Positions 35,245-45,051 of a stretch of DNA of 64,000 bases are shown here, piece after piece. This DNA is from a virus (taxonomy: Duplodnaviria > Caudoviricetes), in IMG/VR virus record IMGVR_UViG_3300008262_000055; one strand, 5' to 3'. Position numbers and translations under genes: made by a program. The notes below the pieces were generated by a model. It ran no database searches. It was not told the origin of the DNA and saw nothing but the letters and a program-made list of their open reading frames with translations. Each line of letters starts with the position of its first letter. The stretch's first letter is position 1.

Positions 35245-36374
35245 TCTGCCCTCTTGTTTGTTCCAAAGGATATACCAGGTAATCCACTGGTAACATTATC
35301 TTGCCCTGTGGGTGTTAGTAATATATTTGTTGCTTCTGCGACTAAATTTTCTGGACGAAGAGATGCTAGACTCTTATAAAAATTAATAGCTTTGATAGCA
35401 GCCTGTAACCCGTCTGTTCTAGAAAAAGCACCTTGGACGTTGTTAACTCCGTATATTGTTGAAGCATCTTCAATAATTTGCGACCCTGCGTTAATTAACC
35501 CGCCTGGGCCAAATATAGTAGAAATTTGGCCTCCCCCTATAGTTAAAGGACTAGGAGTTCTATCATAATATAGATCAGCAAAACCTCGAGGTACTCCTCT
35601 GTCAATAATAGAACCGGTTCCATATAAAACTGATTCATAAACAATATTCATCGTAGCTTCAATTGTGCCGTTGTTAGAGCCTTGATCTACGTTTCCGTGA
35701 TTCCAGCTTGTTATATGGGGATTAATCAACGTATAAGCATTGAATTTTTTTCGACTTAAAGTGTATATAGTAATTGAACCAAAGAATGGTCTTGTATAAT
35801 TTATTTTATCAACATCGAGGCCGTATCGAATTTGTCCAGCTTCTATTGCCCCTAAAGTTCTTCCTGTGTTAGTAATGCCTCCGCCTGCTTTGGGAGCTCC
35901 GGTTGTAGTTTGATCTGGAGCATACACTCCGCCTTTTGTCTGTGTCCAAAAATCAGGAGGAAGAAATCTTTCATTAGAATAATGAGAAAGATATTGAGCC
36001 CATAAAGCATTTATTACCCCTAAGTTGTCGTCATGAAAAACAAGATTTAGTGGTTCGTATTTTATTTCTTTGTAAATTACACGTTTCCTGTTATATTGAT
36101 TTTTAACCTCGTGCTCAAAAGTAATTTTAGGTAAATCGGCTTGTTTTACTAACATGTCGATTGCCTGTTGATTATTTTTTAGATATGTAGATGACGCTAC
36201 AGCAGGTTGGTTTATGTTAAACTGAACATGATACAGGAATTTAGTTCTTGGTGCCCGCGACATTCCGTTATCGAGATATAGTCGAGCCGCGTGACGAGCA
36301 TCACCAAGATTTCCCTTGGGGTTTGTGATGCCTTGCCCTACTCCTTGAAGGAATCGTGTGAATTTATCTGCCAT
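35241..36374 (-). CDS. tail-tube-fold baseplate protein (gp54/gp48-like)
   Basis: VKQADLPKITFE...NQYNRKR...YEPLNLVFHDD, adjacent to gp19. TAAATA-N5-ATG. Confidence 0.65.
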   Translation of the reverse strand: MADKFTRFLQGVGQGITNPKGNLGDARHAARLYLDNGMSRAPRTKFLYHVQFNINQPAVASSTYLKNNQQAIDMLVKQADLPKITFEHEVKNQYNRKRVIYKEIKYEPLNLVFHDDNLGVINALWAQYLSHYSNERFLPPDFWTQTKGGVYAPDQTTTGAPKAGGGITNTGRTLGAIEAGQIRYGLDVDKINYTRPFFGSITIYTLSRKKFNAYTLINPHITSWNHGNVDQGSNNGTIEATMNIVYESVLYGTGSIIDRGVPRGFADLYYDRTPSPLTIGGGQISTIFGPGGLINAGSQIIEDASTIYGVNNVQGAFSRTDGLQAAIKAINFYKSLASLRPENLVAEATNILLTPTGQDNVTSGLPGISFGTNKRAE

Positions 36375-36379
36375 AATAT

Positions 36380-36385
36380 TATTTA
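36380..36385 (-). promoter_or_regulatory. late promoter motif TAAATA-N5-ATG
   Basis: tattta at 36380-36385, ATG at 36374. Confidence 0.7.
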
Positions 36386-36390
36386 GTGAT

Positions 36391-36416
36391 AAAAAAAGCC
36401 CGGGGATTCCGGGCTT
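36391..36416 (-). terminator. intrinsic terminator after tail tube gene
   Basis: AAGCCCGG-AATCC-CCGGGCTT followed by TTTTT. Confidence 0.85.
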
Positions 36417-36433
36417 GATTTAATTTTGTGATA

Positions 36434-37066
36434 TTAACTTCCTGTAGCTAGGCTACCAAGAGTTCTAGCACCAATGTTTCTACCAATGCCGTCAATGCCG
36501 CCGCCTTTGTATTGGATCGCGTTATCGTAACGTATTGCTAGTGCAATCATTGCTGGTTCGTTTGATGTATAGTTTAAATCACCGTAATCGATGTTTTGTA
36601 CGAAACAACCGTACAATTCAAATGTTTCTAGCACGTTAGGTGTTTGAGCACCATTTCCGCCATCTAGTAGTTCGATTAGTGTAGTGAACTTATAGTCTTG
36701 AGCAGATGCTGCTCCTGATTGTTCGAAGAAGTCAAATTGTTTCTGAATCTGCTCACCGCACAGGCGTTGGATAGATCCTGTAGCATCATCTCTCACGTTT
36801 AATGTTACTGGTTCCCAATTGTGTCTACCTGCTAGGTATACTCTTGAGTTGTAAATTGGAAGTTCTATTTCTTCAAAGTTTACTTTAGGACGAGTAATAT
36901 CATTTACTTGTTTTGTTAATTCAGTTGCTACTGTTCCATTTGCCCCGAAGCCTTGTAAGACCACCCTAAATCTATACTTTAGCTTGGGCATTAACAAGCC
37001 CTGAGCACTAGACGAAGCGTCTGTTGCCAAAGGTACTGTTAATTTTGATAGTGTTGAAATTGCCAT
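36434..37066 (-). CDS. gp19: tail tube protein (gp19-like)
   Basis: KYRFRV, WEPVTLNVRDD and LAIRYD, directly downstream of the sheath gene. Confidence 0.85.
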   Translation of the reverse strand: MAISTLSKLTVPLATDASSSAQGLLMPKLKYRFRVVLQGFGANGTVATELTKQVNDITRPKVNFEEIELPIYNSRVYLAGRHNWEPVTLNVRDDATGSIQRLCGEQIQKQFDFFEQSGAASAQDYKFTTLIELLDGGNGAQTPNVLETFELYGCFVQNIDYGDLNYTSNEPAMIALAIRYDNAIQYKGGGIDGIGRNIGARTLGSLATGS

Positions 37067-37100
37067 ATTCTTATGCTCCGGATAATATTATTTATCTCTT

Positions 37101-37128
37101 ATAATTGGGGGACAAAGCCCCCAATTAT
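37101..37128 (-). terminator. hairpin between sheath and tube genes
   Basis: ATAATTGGGGG-6nt-CCCCCAATTAT, followed by late motif TAAATA at 37089-37094. Confidence 0.65.
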
Positions 37129-40100
37129 TAAGATGCTCTCGATGCTGCTATCTCCCCTGTATTTTTCAATCTCAATGGGATGTAAATAAATTCAATTGCT
37201 TTTACTGGTTCAATTGCGATATCTACATATAGTTCATTTCGATCAATCCTTGCTGGAGTGTTATTTGTTTCATCGCAGACCACAGCATAGTCATAGATAG
37301 CACGTAGACCTACAAGCTCTAGCAACAGACTTTCTACTGCCTGTCTAACTTCGTCTCTTGTAAGTTTATCGTTAGGTTCAAACACAAACGGTTTAGCTAA
37401 TCTGCTTAACTGACTGCGTAGATAAATTACCAAACGTGCTACGTTAATTCTGTCTAATGCTGATGATCCAGTACTTAGGGTTTTTTGTCCATAGTTTACT
37501 AGACCAACACCGTTAAAGAATGTTAAAGGATTAACTCTAATATTAGCTAATGTGTCACGCTGTCCTTCTGTTAATGCTACAGGTTTAAATTGTCCTGTTT
37601 TGCTTTCTAGGTATCCTACTGATGTAGCATTAGTAACACCGCCTCGTCTTATACCTGCTGGAGCAAACCATGGATAAGATACTTGATCATTTAAAGCAAT
37701 AGTTCTTAACATCATGTAGCTTGGTGGTACCATGATTGTGTTACCAGTATTATCACTGGTTAATCCTGCTGGATAAAATACTCCGGCATACGCATCTGAG
37801 CTAACTAAACCTACGTCTCCGTTGTCAGTAGCAGCATTAACGTTTTTGCCCCAGTTGTTTAATGAATTAGTGTCTGGAAGCAATCTAAAAGGAGCATCGC
37901 CTACAACAAATGCTGTTGTTCCGCGATCAATATTTAGAGCAATCATTTCTTGTAGTACTTCAGGATATCCTGGTGTAGCAATAAGATTGAAATTACGAAC
38001 TTCGTCTTCACGTATTTCAGCGTTAGAATTTAATAAACCTTTTAACGCCTCAACAACCACTTGACGCTGTGCTTTACGACCAAAGTCGCTACCAGAATCA
38101 GATACCCAACGTGCTGACTCATAATCTATCATTGACTCGTCACCGTAGCGGACATTGTCTGCCGATGTGTTAACATGGTTTCTAACATACTTTTTAATAT
38201 TGAAACCGCTTCTACGAGTATTGAATAACAAAATACCTCTTGGATATAGGTCAGGATCTGGTGCGTCGTAGTCTACAAAATCACTGCTTAACAATTCTAA
38301 GATTGTAGCAGGATCTTTTGACTCGCCGTTTAAGTCCCATCGAGCATCGCCAAACACAATACCATCTTCTGATGTGCTATCGCTCTTGTCAATCAATACC
38401 CAATTATTTGCTATCTGGTCAGTTAAGCCGTCTTGGTATTTGTAGATTACAGGATAATTTTCTAGATCGCTAGCATCAATCCATAGGTCGCCGGTCACTA
38501 AAGCAGTACCATCACTTTGTAGCAATGGTCGAACAGAGTTAACAATTGGTCCCATTGGGTCTGTGCCGTTAACATACACTGGGGATGCTGTTGTAGCAAT
38601 ACCGCCACTGCCGCTATATTTGTAACCTACCCAGGCAGATCCGTTGTGTATCATAATGTCTACTTGATCTACTAAACTGTTAAACCATCTTTGACCATCT
38701 GCTGGATCGTTTAACGGAGCATCTGAAGATGCTACATACCCTGTAGATGTACCAGACATTGGCATATAGTTGCTGATAACATAATCAAAGTCGCTGCTGA
38801 CGCTCGGAGATCCGTAGAAATTTGGAGTTCCTGTAGCGTCTGTTACATTATATTCAACAAAACCAGCATCAGTAAACAAATCATCGCCATCGATAATTCT
38901 AATCTCACCGCCTAGTTTATGAGTAATTGTAATTTTACCATCTAGTACTGTAGCTTCAACGTTTACAAAACCAGCATTGTTAATAGCCTGTCTTAATGTA
39001 TTAGCATCCGCACCTGTACCTGCTGAGGTAAAAGTTATTGAAATAGCACTTGAAAGACTAGCATTATTAACAAGACTTTCTCTCATACTAAATGTGTAAG
39101 AACCACTAAATGTTCCTGCTCCAATTGTATCAGATGTTACAGATGTCGCACCTTTAATTTTTCTAACAAAAATTTTAAAACTAGCAGTTTGAGGTGTGTT
39201 ATCGTAGCCAGTATCTTCAGTGTAATTGTATTGTACATACACTGTATCTTTATCAATCCCAGCACCGCCACCTGTTTTGTTAACTCCAAAGATAGCACCT
39301 TGTGCGTTAGCCGATAAAGGAGCAGCTACTTCTAACCATGATTTAGAAGAACTATTCCAACGTTTTACTCTCCAACGTGCTCCAAGATTAGGATCAGTTG
39401 TCTTAACCCATATAGATCCGCTTGGTCTAGAAATAGCAGCGTTTGATTTCCATTGAGGAACTTGTGTATGCGGAGACATAGATAATTCTGGACCGTAATA
39501 TGTTCCTGCTGCAACGCCAAATAAACTTAACACAGTTGCTGATCCATCTTGTAATACAAGAGCGTTACTGCCAGTTGAATCGCCAACCATGTCATCTGTA
39601 GCGTCTGTAATGTATAATGTTACAAATCCATTTACGTTAGCTGCTCTAACACCTTGGATTAAAGCATTATTAATCAATGTAACCATGCCGCCTACAGTTG
39701 TATAAGCTGGAACGTTAATCTGTACTCCATTAATAATAAAAGTTGATGAACTTGTTTTTGATGAATGTCCGTCTATTTCGGCTGTAAATGATGGCCAAAA
39801 CTTACGCCATTCTTTTGTACCTAGCAATTCCCAAGATACTGGTTCGCCTACTGTAGTATAATCTTTGCCTTTGTAATAGACTCTGATAACATCAGACGCT
39901 GTAACTACAGCATAGTCGCCAACACGACCAACACCACTAGCTGGTTGGGTTCCGTTTAGACTTTCTGTATCTTCTGCGGTAATGACAACGGGCACTTTGT
40001 TATTAAATTTTTGTCCTGCTAATCCGGCAGGAGCTGAATCCCACTCAAAAATACCCCAGTTGGTACTTTGAGTATCTAACCACCACTGACCGCTTGTTGC

Positions 40101-40487
40101 TTCAGAACCAGGAATTTCTGATTTAGCAGTTAGGTCATCTAAATTTACTGCTGCTCTGACTACATAGGCAGAATTAGCAGATCCCAAGAAACTATAGGCT
40201 GTCTGTAAGCCATATTCGTTTCTTTCGTCCCCGTGTATTGGAGAACCTGATATTGTTCTCCTAAATGTTGGTGTGCCAAAGAAATCAACAAGTTCTCTTT
40301 GACTTGAAACTTTGTATACTTTACCTGCGTTGGTTGCTAGTGTACCTTGTGCGGTACCTGTTCCGCTAGCGTTTGCTTTGTTTTCTGCAGTAGCAATTAC
40401 GATTAATGGAGTCGTGCTGCTTTCAGCTGGAGTATAAAAACTCTCATCGATTACTGTAACTTCTACGCCTGGTGAATTAAGTGCCAT
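37128..40487 (-). CDS. gp18: tail sheath protein (gp18-like), enlarged
   Basis: Start MALNSPGVEV at 40487 with SD AGGAGA. C-terminal WFAPAG..RG, RINVARL, FEPND and IAIEPVKAIEFIYI. 1119 aa. Confidence 0.95.
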   Translation of the reverse strand: MALNSPGVEVTVIDESFYTPAESSTTPLIVIATAENKANASGTGTAQGTLATNAGKVYKVSSQRELVDFFGTPTFRRTISGSPIHGDERNEYGLQTAYSFLGSANSAYVVRAAVNLDDLTAKSEIPGSEATSGQWWLDTQSTNWGIFEWDSAPAGLAGQKFNNKVPVVITAEDTESLNGTQPASGVGRVGDYAVVTASDVIRVYYKGKDYTTVGEPVSWELLGTKEWRKFWPSFTAEIDGHSSKTSSSTFIINGVQINVPAYTTVGGMVTLINNALIQGVRAANVNGFVTLYITDATDDMVGDSTGSNALVLQDGSATVLSLFGVAAGTYYGPELSMSPHTQVPQWKSNAAISRPSGSIWVKTTDPNLGARWRVKRWNSSSKSWLEVAAPLSANAQGAIFGVNKTGGGAGIDKDTVYVQYNYTEDTGYDNTPQTASFKIFVRKIKGATSVTSDTIGAGTFSGSYTFSMRESLVNNASLSSAISITFTSAGTGADANTLRQAINNAGFVNVEATVLDGKITITHKLGGEIRIIDGDDLFTDAGFVEYNVTDATGTPNFYGSPSVSSDFDYVISNYMPMSGTSTGYVASSDAPLNDPADGQRWFNSLVDQVDIMIHNGSAWVGYKYSGSGGIATTASPVYVNGTDPMGPIVNSVRPLLQSDGTALVTGDLWIDASDLENYPVIYKYQDGLTDQIANNWVLIDKSDSTSEDGIVFGDARWDLNGESKDPATILELLSSDFVDYDAPDPDLYPRGILLFNTRRSGFNIKKYVRNHVNTSADNVRYGDESMIDYESARWVSDSGSDFGRKAQRQVVVEALKGLLNSNAEIREDEVRNFNLIATPGYPEVLQEMIALNIDRGTTAFVVGDAPFRLLPDTNSLNNWGKNVNAATDNGDVGLVSSDAYAGVFYPAGLTSDNTGNTIMVPPSYMMLRTIALNDQVSYPWFAPAGIRRGGVTNATSVGYLESKTGQFKPVALTEGQRDTLANIRVNPLTFFNGVGLVNYGQKTLSTGSSALDRINVARLVIYLRSQLSRLAKPFVFEPNDKLTRDEVRQAVESLLLELVGLRAIYDYAVVCDETNNTPARIDRNELYVDIAIEPVKAIEFIYIPLRLKNTGEIAASRAS

Positions 40488-40603
40488 TCCGTTGTCTCCT
40501 GATGGTTTGAATCTTGTATAATATTTATTCAGTAAACCAAAAAACACAGAGTTTAAACTGTCGGAAAAGGGGTGAAAAAGGTCCAAATTCTTTAAATAGA
40601 TGT

Positions 40604-40939
40604 ATGAGACCCCTATGTAAATGCGGACAAAGGCCGGCCGCTATAAACTATCGCAAAGAAAAAAGAATCTATTATAGATCTCTTTGCGAAATCTGTTTAA
40701 AACACGGAAAGTATCACGGCATACCTAGATGGTATAGAGCAGGGTATAGGAAAAAAAATGCCTGCGACAAATGCGGTTTTAAATCACCGCACCCTGAAAT
40801 TTTCGCAGTTTATCATGTCGATGAAGATCTTAATAATTGTAAGATTGCTAATCTAAAAACAGTATGTGCTAACTGTCAACGAGTGTTAGCTAAAGAAGGC
40901 ATTAAATGGAAACAAGGTGATCTTGTTGCTGATTTTTAA
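40604..40939 (+). CDS. zinc-binding HNH-like protein
   Basis: CKC...CEIC...CDKC...YHVD..LNN..ANLKTVCANC. Start after TAAATA (40593-40598)-N5. Confidence 0.7.
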   Translation: MRPLCKCGQRPAAINYRKEKRIYYRSLCEICLKHGKYHGIPRWYRAGYRKKNACDKCGFKSPHPEIFAVYHVDEDLNNCKIANLKTVCANCQRVLAKEGIKWKQGDLVADF

Positions 40940-41561
40940 TCAATCCTTCAATCTTTTCAAATAGGTCTGATATACCATCGTTGTTATCTAATACAGCATC
41001 AAACTTTGTCCCTACCCAGGCTGTTTCCGAAGCATGTATTTTAAATTGATTTAATCTATCTTTGCTTAAAGCCCAATGTACATGTTTTGGTCCGTGATTG
41101 ACAGCTACAGCATCGTTATACCATTCGGGTTCCGGTCCGCGGACTACTCTTACTACTATTCCGCCAGCCTTTCGAATGCTTTGTATTTCATTAGGAAATC
41201 TACAATCTGAAATTACTACGTTGTCTTTGGAATTTCTAAGTTTATTTTCTAGACTAGCAATCCATATGTCATCATGGAAACTTTTGCGGCAAACTTCTGT
41301 GCCCCAGTATTGTAATACCCATCTAGGAGTTAACGTAGGCATCGATAGACGTTCTGCCCACCATGGATCTACTTGTTCTCGCCATTCTCGGGCTTCTTTA
41401 GTACGGCCTTCAAGCATGGTTCTGTCCCAGCCGAATACTGATGCCACAGCATCTTTTAATGTGTTGGCAAACGATTCGCGTCTAAATTCGTGAAAGTTTA
41501 CAAGATAATCAGCAATGGTGTCTTTGCCTGATCCAATAAAACCGCATACTCCAATAATCAT
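40902..41561 (-). CDS. deoxynucleoside monophosphate kinase (T4 gp1 type)
   Basis: MIIGVCGFIGSGKDT, RWVLQYWGTE, ISDCRFPNE and HASE. SD GGAGA. Confidence 0.92.
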   Translation of the reverse strand: MIIGVCGFIGSGKDTIADYLVNFHEFRRESFANTLKDAVASVFGWDRTMLEGRTKEAREWREQVDPWWAERLSMPTLTPRWVLQYWGTEVCRKSFHDDIWIASLENKLRNSKDNVVISDCRFPNEIQSIRKAGGIVVRVVRGPEPEWYNDAVAVNHGPKHVHWALSKDRLNQFKIHASETAWVGTKFDAVLDNNDGISDLFEKIEGLIKNQQQDHLVSI

Positions 41562-41583
41562 AGTATCTCCTAACAATACTAAT

Positions 41584-41612
41584 ATTGTAGCAGTTTTTTA
41601 TTTTACGGTCAA
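41584..41612 (-). promoter_or_regulatory. sigma70-type promoter of dNMP kinase gene
   Basis: TTGACC-17-TACAAT. Confidence 0.7.
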
Positions 41613-42373
41613 CCGACTACGAAAGTGTATCCAGCATTAGCATGACCAGGAACAAAGTTAACCAATTCCGCTGTTAGTCGTTCAATATCAGCTGTTGCTT
41701 CTTGTTTAAGTGTAGCACCATTTAATGATGTGCCGCCCTGTGGGCCAGCAATTTGAGCAAATTTCTCGCGGGCTTGGCCAAGCATCATTTTACAGTTAGC
41801 TAATGTGTAGTCTTTGATCCATTGACCGGCATAGGTATCAACTAGGATAGCCACGTCTGGGCGTGTGTTGTAGCACCAGAGCATAATTTCTTCGTCAGTT
41901 CTAGGACGTTGATGTATAGTTAGCTTGTGAGATTGAGCGTGCCATGTAAATTGTATAAAACTGCCAAACATCTTGCCCACACGTTCTTGATATCCAGCAA
42001 ACAATTCATATGTTAATAACCCGCCCATATTAGTTGAACTTAACAAATAGGTATTTGTATAGGCTAAGTTGAACGGTTCAAACACTGTTCCACCGCCACC
42101 GCCACCAGATCTAGATCCAATGCTTCGTCGATAAATTTCCCGTACTACTTGGATTTCGTTTGGTAAGGTATAAACGTTTTGATCTTCGGATAGGGTTAAA
42201 AACGCAAAACTTTCTTCTACAGAATTATCCCCTCGTTGCCGAAACACTGCTAAACTACGCTGAATTGCTGTTTCGTAGTGCTGCGGGTCTAGTTCTACGT
42301 CGACCATGCCGTCGCCCAGCATTAAGCGACAATAGTCGAATACTTTTTGTTTTTCTTGATCTAGTTGGCTCAT
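41609..42373 (-). CDS. gp13: neck protein (gp13-like)
   Basis: LG...VDVELD and WIKDYTLANCKMMLG..REKF...NG. TAAATA-N5-ATG. Confidence 0.85.
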   Translation of the reverse strand: MSQLDQEKQKVFDYCRLMLGDGMVDVELDPQHYETAIQRSLAVFRQRGDNSVEESFAFLTLSEDQNVYTLPNEIQVVREIYRRSIGSRSGGGGGGTVFEPFNLAYTNTYLLSSTNMGGLLTYELFAGYQERVGKMFGSFIQFTWHAQSHKLTIHQRPRTDEEIMLWCYNTRPDVAILVDTYAGQWIKDYTLANCKMMLGQAREKFAQIAGPQGGTSLNGATLKQEATADIERLTAELVNFVPGHANAGYTFVVG

Positions 42374-42378
42374 GCTAG

Positions 42379-42399
42379 TATTTATTACAGCGGTAAATA
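42379..42399. promoter_or_regulatory. back-to-back late promoter motifs between gp13 and gp14
   Basis: tattta at 42379-42384 (N5 to ATG 42373) and taaata at 42394-42399 (N1 or N7 to ATG 42401 or 42407). Confidence 0.7.
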
Positions 42400-42406
42400 T
42401 ATGACT

Positions 42407-43621
42407 ATGCCAAGACTCAGTTTATACAAGCCCGAAAAAGGCAATGATTACAAATTTATAGACAAAAATATCTGGGAAATGTTCCAAGTTGGTGGTACAG
42501 ATGTTTTAGTTCACAAATATATAGGACCTGGTGATCCGTTGCCCGGTGCTAGCACACCTACAACACCGGTTTATACTGGTGGTATTCCTGAGTTACAAAT
42601 ACAAGATTTGTTGTTTCTAGAAAACAGAGACAGAAAATACGACCCCGATGTATACATTTTGAGAGGTGTATACAACATAAGCGATCTAGATTTTAATCTA
42701 TCACAGTTTGGTTTATTTTTACAGAACGACACAGTTTTTATCACTTTCCATATTAATGATACTGTAGAAAAAATAGGTAGAAAATTACTAGCTGGGGACG
42801 TTATTGAGCTACCGCATTTGAAAGATTACAATGCCTTGAACGATTTAAAATTTGCTCTAAAAAGATTTTATGTTATAGAAGAAGTTAGTCGAGCTGCAGA
42901 GGGATTTTCTGCCACATGGTATCCACACTTGTATAGAGCAAAATGTACTCCATTAGTAGACAGTCAAGAATTCAAACAGATTCTAGATGGGTTAGCCGAC
43001 GATACTGGAGAGGATACTAATACTACCTTGCGTGATATAATGAGCACCTATGAAACAGAGATGCGTATCACCGAAGCAGTATTAGATCAAGCCGAATCAG
43101 ATGCTCCCAAGAGTGGCTATGATACCACAATGTATTACACCGTACCATTAGATGAGCAAGGAAATGTAAAACTAGTCACCACAGACGACGGTGATATTGA
43201 AGCCAGCAACGAAAGTGCTGCGGTAGATGCCAGTGTCATTATAGCAACACCAACCAAAGATGGATATCAAAGTTATCACGAAGATGGAGCAACTCCCAAC
43301 GGTGCTCCTTTTACCAGCGGTATTACGTTCCCCGGCACCCCAGTAGAAGGGCAGTTCTGTCTTAGAACAGATTATTTCCCTAAGAGATTGTTTAGATTCA
43401 ATGGCAAGCGTTGGGTCAAATACGAAGACAACGTAAGAATGACCATGAGTAATCTTGGAACTTCTGACACCGAATCTGGAGAAAGATTTGAAGGTAGGGA
43501 CACAAGACAAAACCAAAAAGGCACATTTATCAATAACACAAATGAAAGAATGATAGATGGCAAACTGGTTAAAGAAAAACAGAGCTTGAGCAAAGCATTA
43601 AGACCTAAGGCGGATGAATAA
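42407..43621 (+). CDS. gp14: neck protein (gp14-like, head closure)
   Basis: DLLFLENRDRKYD, SQFGLF and GDVIELPH. The start could be 42401. Confidence 0.75.
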   Translation: MPRLSLYKPEKGNDYKFIDKNIWEMFQVGGTDVLVHKYIGPGDPLPGASTPTTPVYTGGIPELQIQDLLFLENRDRKYDPDVYILRGVYNISDLDFNLSQFGLFLQNDTVFITFHINDTVEKIGRKLLAGDVIELPHLKDYNALNDLKFALKRFYVIEEVSRAAEGFSATWYPHLYRAKCTPLVDSQEFKQILDGLADDTGEDTNTTLRDIMSTYETEMRITEAVLDQAESDAPKSGYDTTMYYTVPLDEQGNVKLVTTDDGDIEASNESAAVDASVIIATPTKDGYQSYHEDGATPNGAPFTSGITFPGTPVEGQFCLRTDYFPKRLFRFNGKRWVKYEDNVRMTMSNLGTSDTESGERFEGRDTRQNQKGTFINNTNERMIDGKLVKEKQSLSKALRPKADE

Positions 43622-45051
43622 TGGATTTTTTCTATGACGGACAGATAAGAAGATACGTAACTCAGTTTATGCGTATCTTTATTGGGTTTAAGTATCAAGC
43701 GGGCGATGGATCTTTAAAACAAGTTCCAGTAGCCTATGGCGATCTTACTAAACAGGTAGCACAGATTATTAGAGAAAATTCTGAAAACAAAATGCCTAGC
43801 GTTCCTAAGATTGCCTGTTATATTACTGGAATAGAACTAGATAGAAATAGATTAGCTGACGCAAGTTATGTTAGTAAAGTTAGTATCCGTGGTAGATCTT
43901 TTGAATCGTTTGATGACGAAACAGGTCAACCTATATATGATAATACACAAGGTGGCGGGTATACCATTGAAAGATTAATGCCTACACCATTTAAACTAAG
44001 CATGAGAGCAGACATTTGGAGTTCTAACACCGATCAAAAACTACAGTTGTTAGAACAAATATTAGTGTTATTCAATCCTAGCTTAGAAGTACAAACCACA
44101 GACAATTACATTGATTGGACTAGTCTTAGTGTTGTTGAATTAACCGCATCTAATTTTACTTCTCGAGCTATTCCCCAAGGAACCGAAGTTGATATAGATA
44201 TATGTTCATTAGATTTTGAAATGCCTATCTATATAAGTCCGCCAGTTAAAGTTAAAAAACTTGGTGTCGTACAGAATATTATTATGAATATGTTTGACGA
44301 TGATGGACAGTTAAAACCATTAGCCGAGCTAGCATTTAATAGTCCAGTTGATTCTAAAGATATTAAATCAACATCAATTATTACCACTCCTGGAAACTTT
44401 GGTGTATTATTACTTTCATCAAAGACTGTTACAGGTTTTGAAACAGGATCATATTACGTTAGTGCTTTAGATGTTAATGAAGCTGTTGTTGAAAGTGGGT
44501 TAGACATACCTAAAAAGGCTGCTGCTGTGATTGACTGGAATAAAATTATTCCCCAGTATGGAAAATATCGTCCTGGTATAAGTCGAATTAGATTCTTACA
44601 ACCTAGCGGCTATGAGTTGGTGGGTACATTTAGTATCAATGAAGTGGATTCACAATTTTTAGTAGTAGATTTTGATTCTGATTCTGAACCCCAAACTGAC
44701 TTAATCATTAACGCTATTATAAATCCGCAGACATATGACCCCAGAACAAGTTTACTGCTGGGAACAAAATATCTAATATTAGAAGATATTGGATCAGAGG
44801 GCAATGTTGACGGTGCTGACGCATGGAAAAATTCTGATGATTCGGACTTTGTGGCGGTCGCAAATTCTATAATTGAATGGGACGGTGATAGTTGGGCAGT
44901 AATTTTTGATCCTTTGATTGAGCACACTGAACCTTACTACATTAAAAATCTTAAAACTGGTATCCAGTACAAATGGGAAGATGGTCAATGGCTTAAATCA
45001 TTTGAGGGCGAATATACAGCCGGATACTGGAGTTTTGACTTAGAAGGATGA
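43621..45051 (+). CDS. gp15: tail terminator / sheath stabiliser (gp15-like)
   Basis: FFYDGQIRRY, VPVAYG and PTPFKL...QLLEQILVLFNP. Confidence 0.88.
   Translation: MDFFYDGQIRRYVTQFMRIFIGFKYQAGDGSLKQVPVAYGDLTKQVAQIIRENSENKMPSVPKIACYITGIELDRNRLADASYVSKVSIRGRSFESFDDETGQPIYDNTQGGGYTIERLMPTPFKLSMRADIWSSNTDQKLQLLEQILVLFNPSLEVQTTDNYIDWTSLSVVELTASNFTSRAIPQGTEVDIDICSLDFEMPIYISPPVKVKKLGVVQNIIMNMFDDDGQLKPLAELAFNSPVDSKDIKSTSIITTPGNFGVLLLSSKTVTGFETGSYYVSALDVNEAVVESGLDIPKKAAAVIDWNKIIPQYGKYRPGISRIRFLQPSGYELVGTFSINEVDSQFLVVDFDSDSEPQTDLIINAIINPQTYDPRTSLLLGTKYLILEDIGSEGNVDGADAWKNSDDSDFVAVANSIIEWDGDSWAVIFDPLIEHTEPYYIKNLKTGIQYKWEDGQWLKSFEGEYTAGYWSFDLEG

Noticed and set aside
37128-40586. Longer N-terminus (MDLFHPF...) for the tail sheath
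   Set aside because: The SD AGGAGA and the conserved MALxSPGVEV start support ATG 40487.
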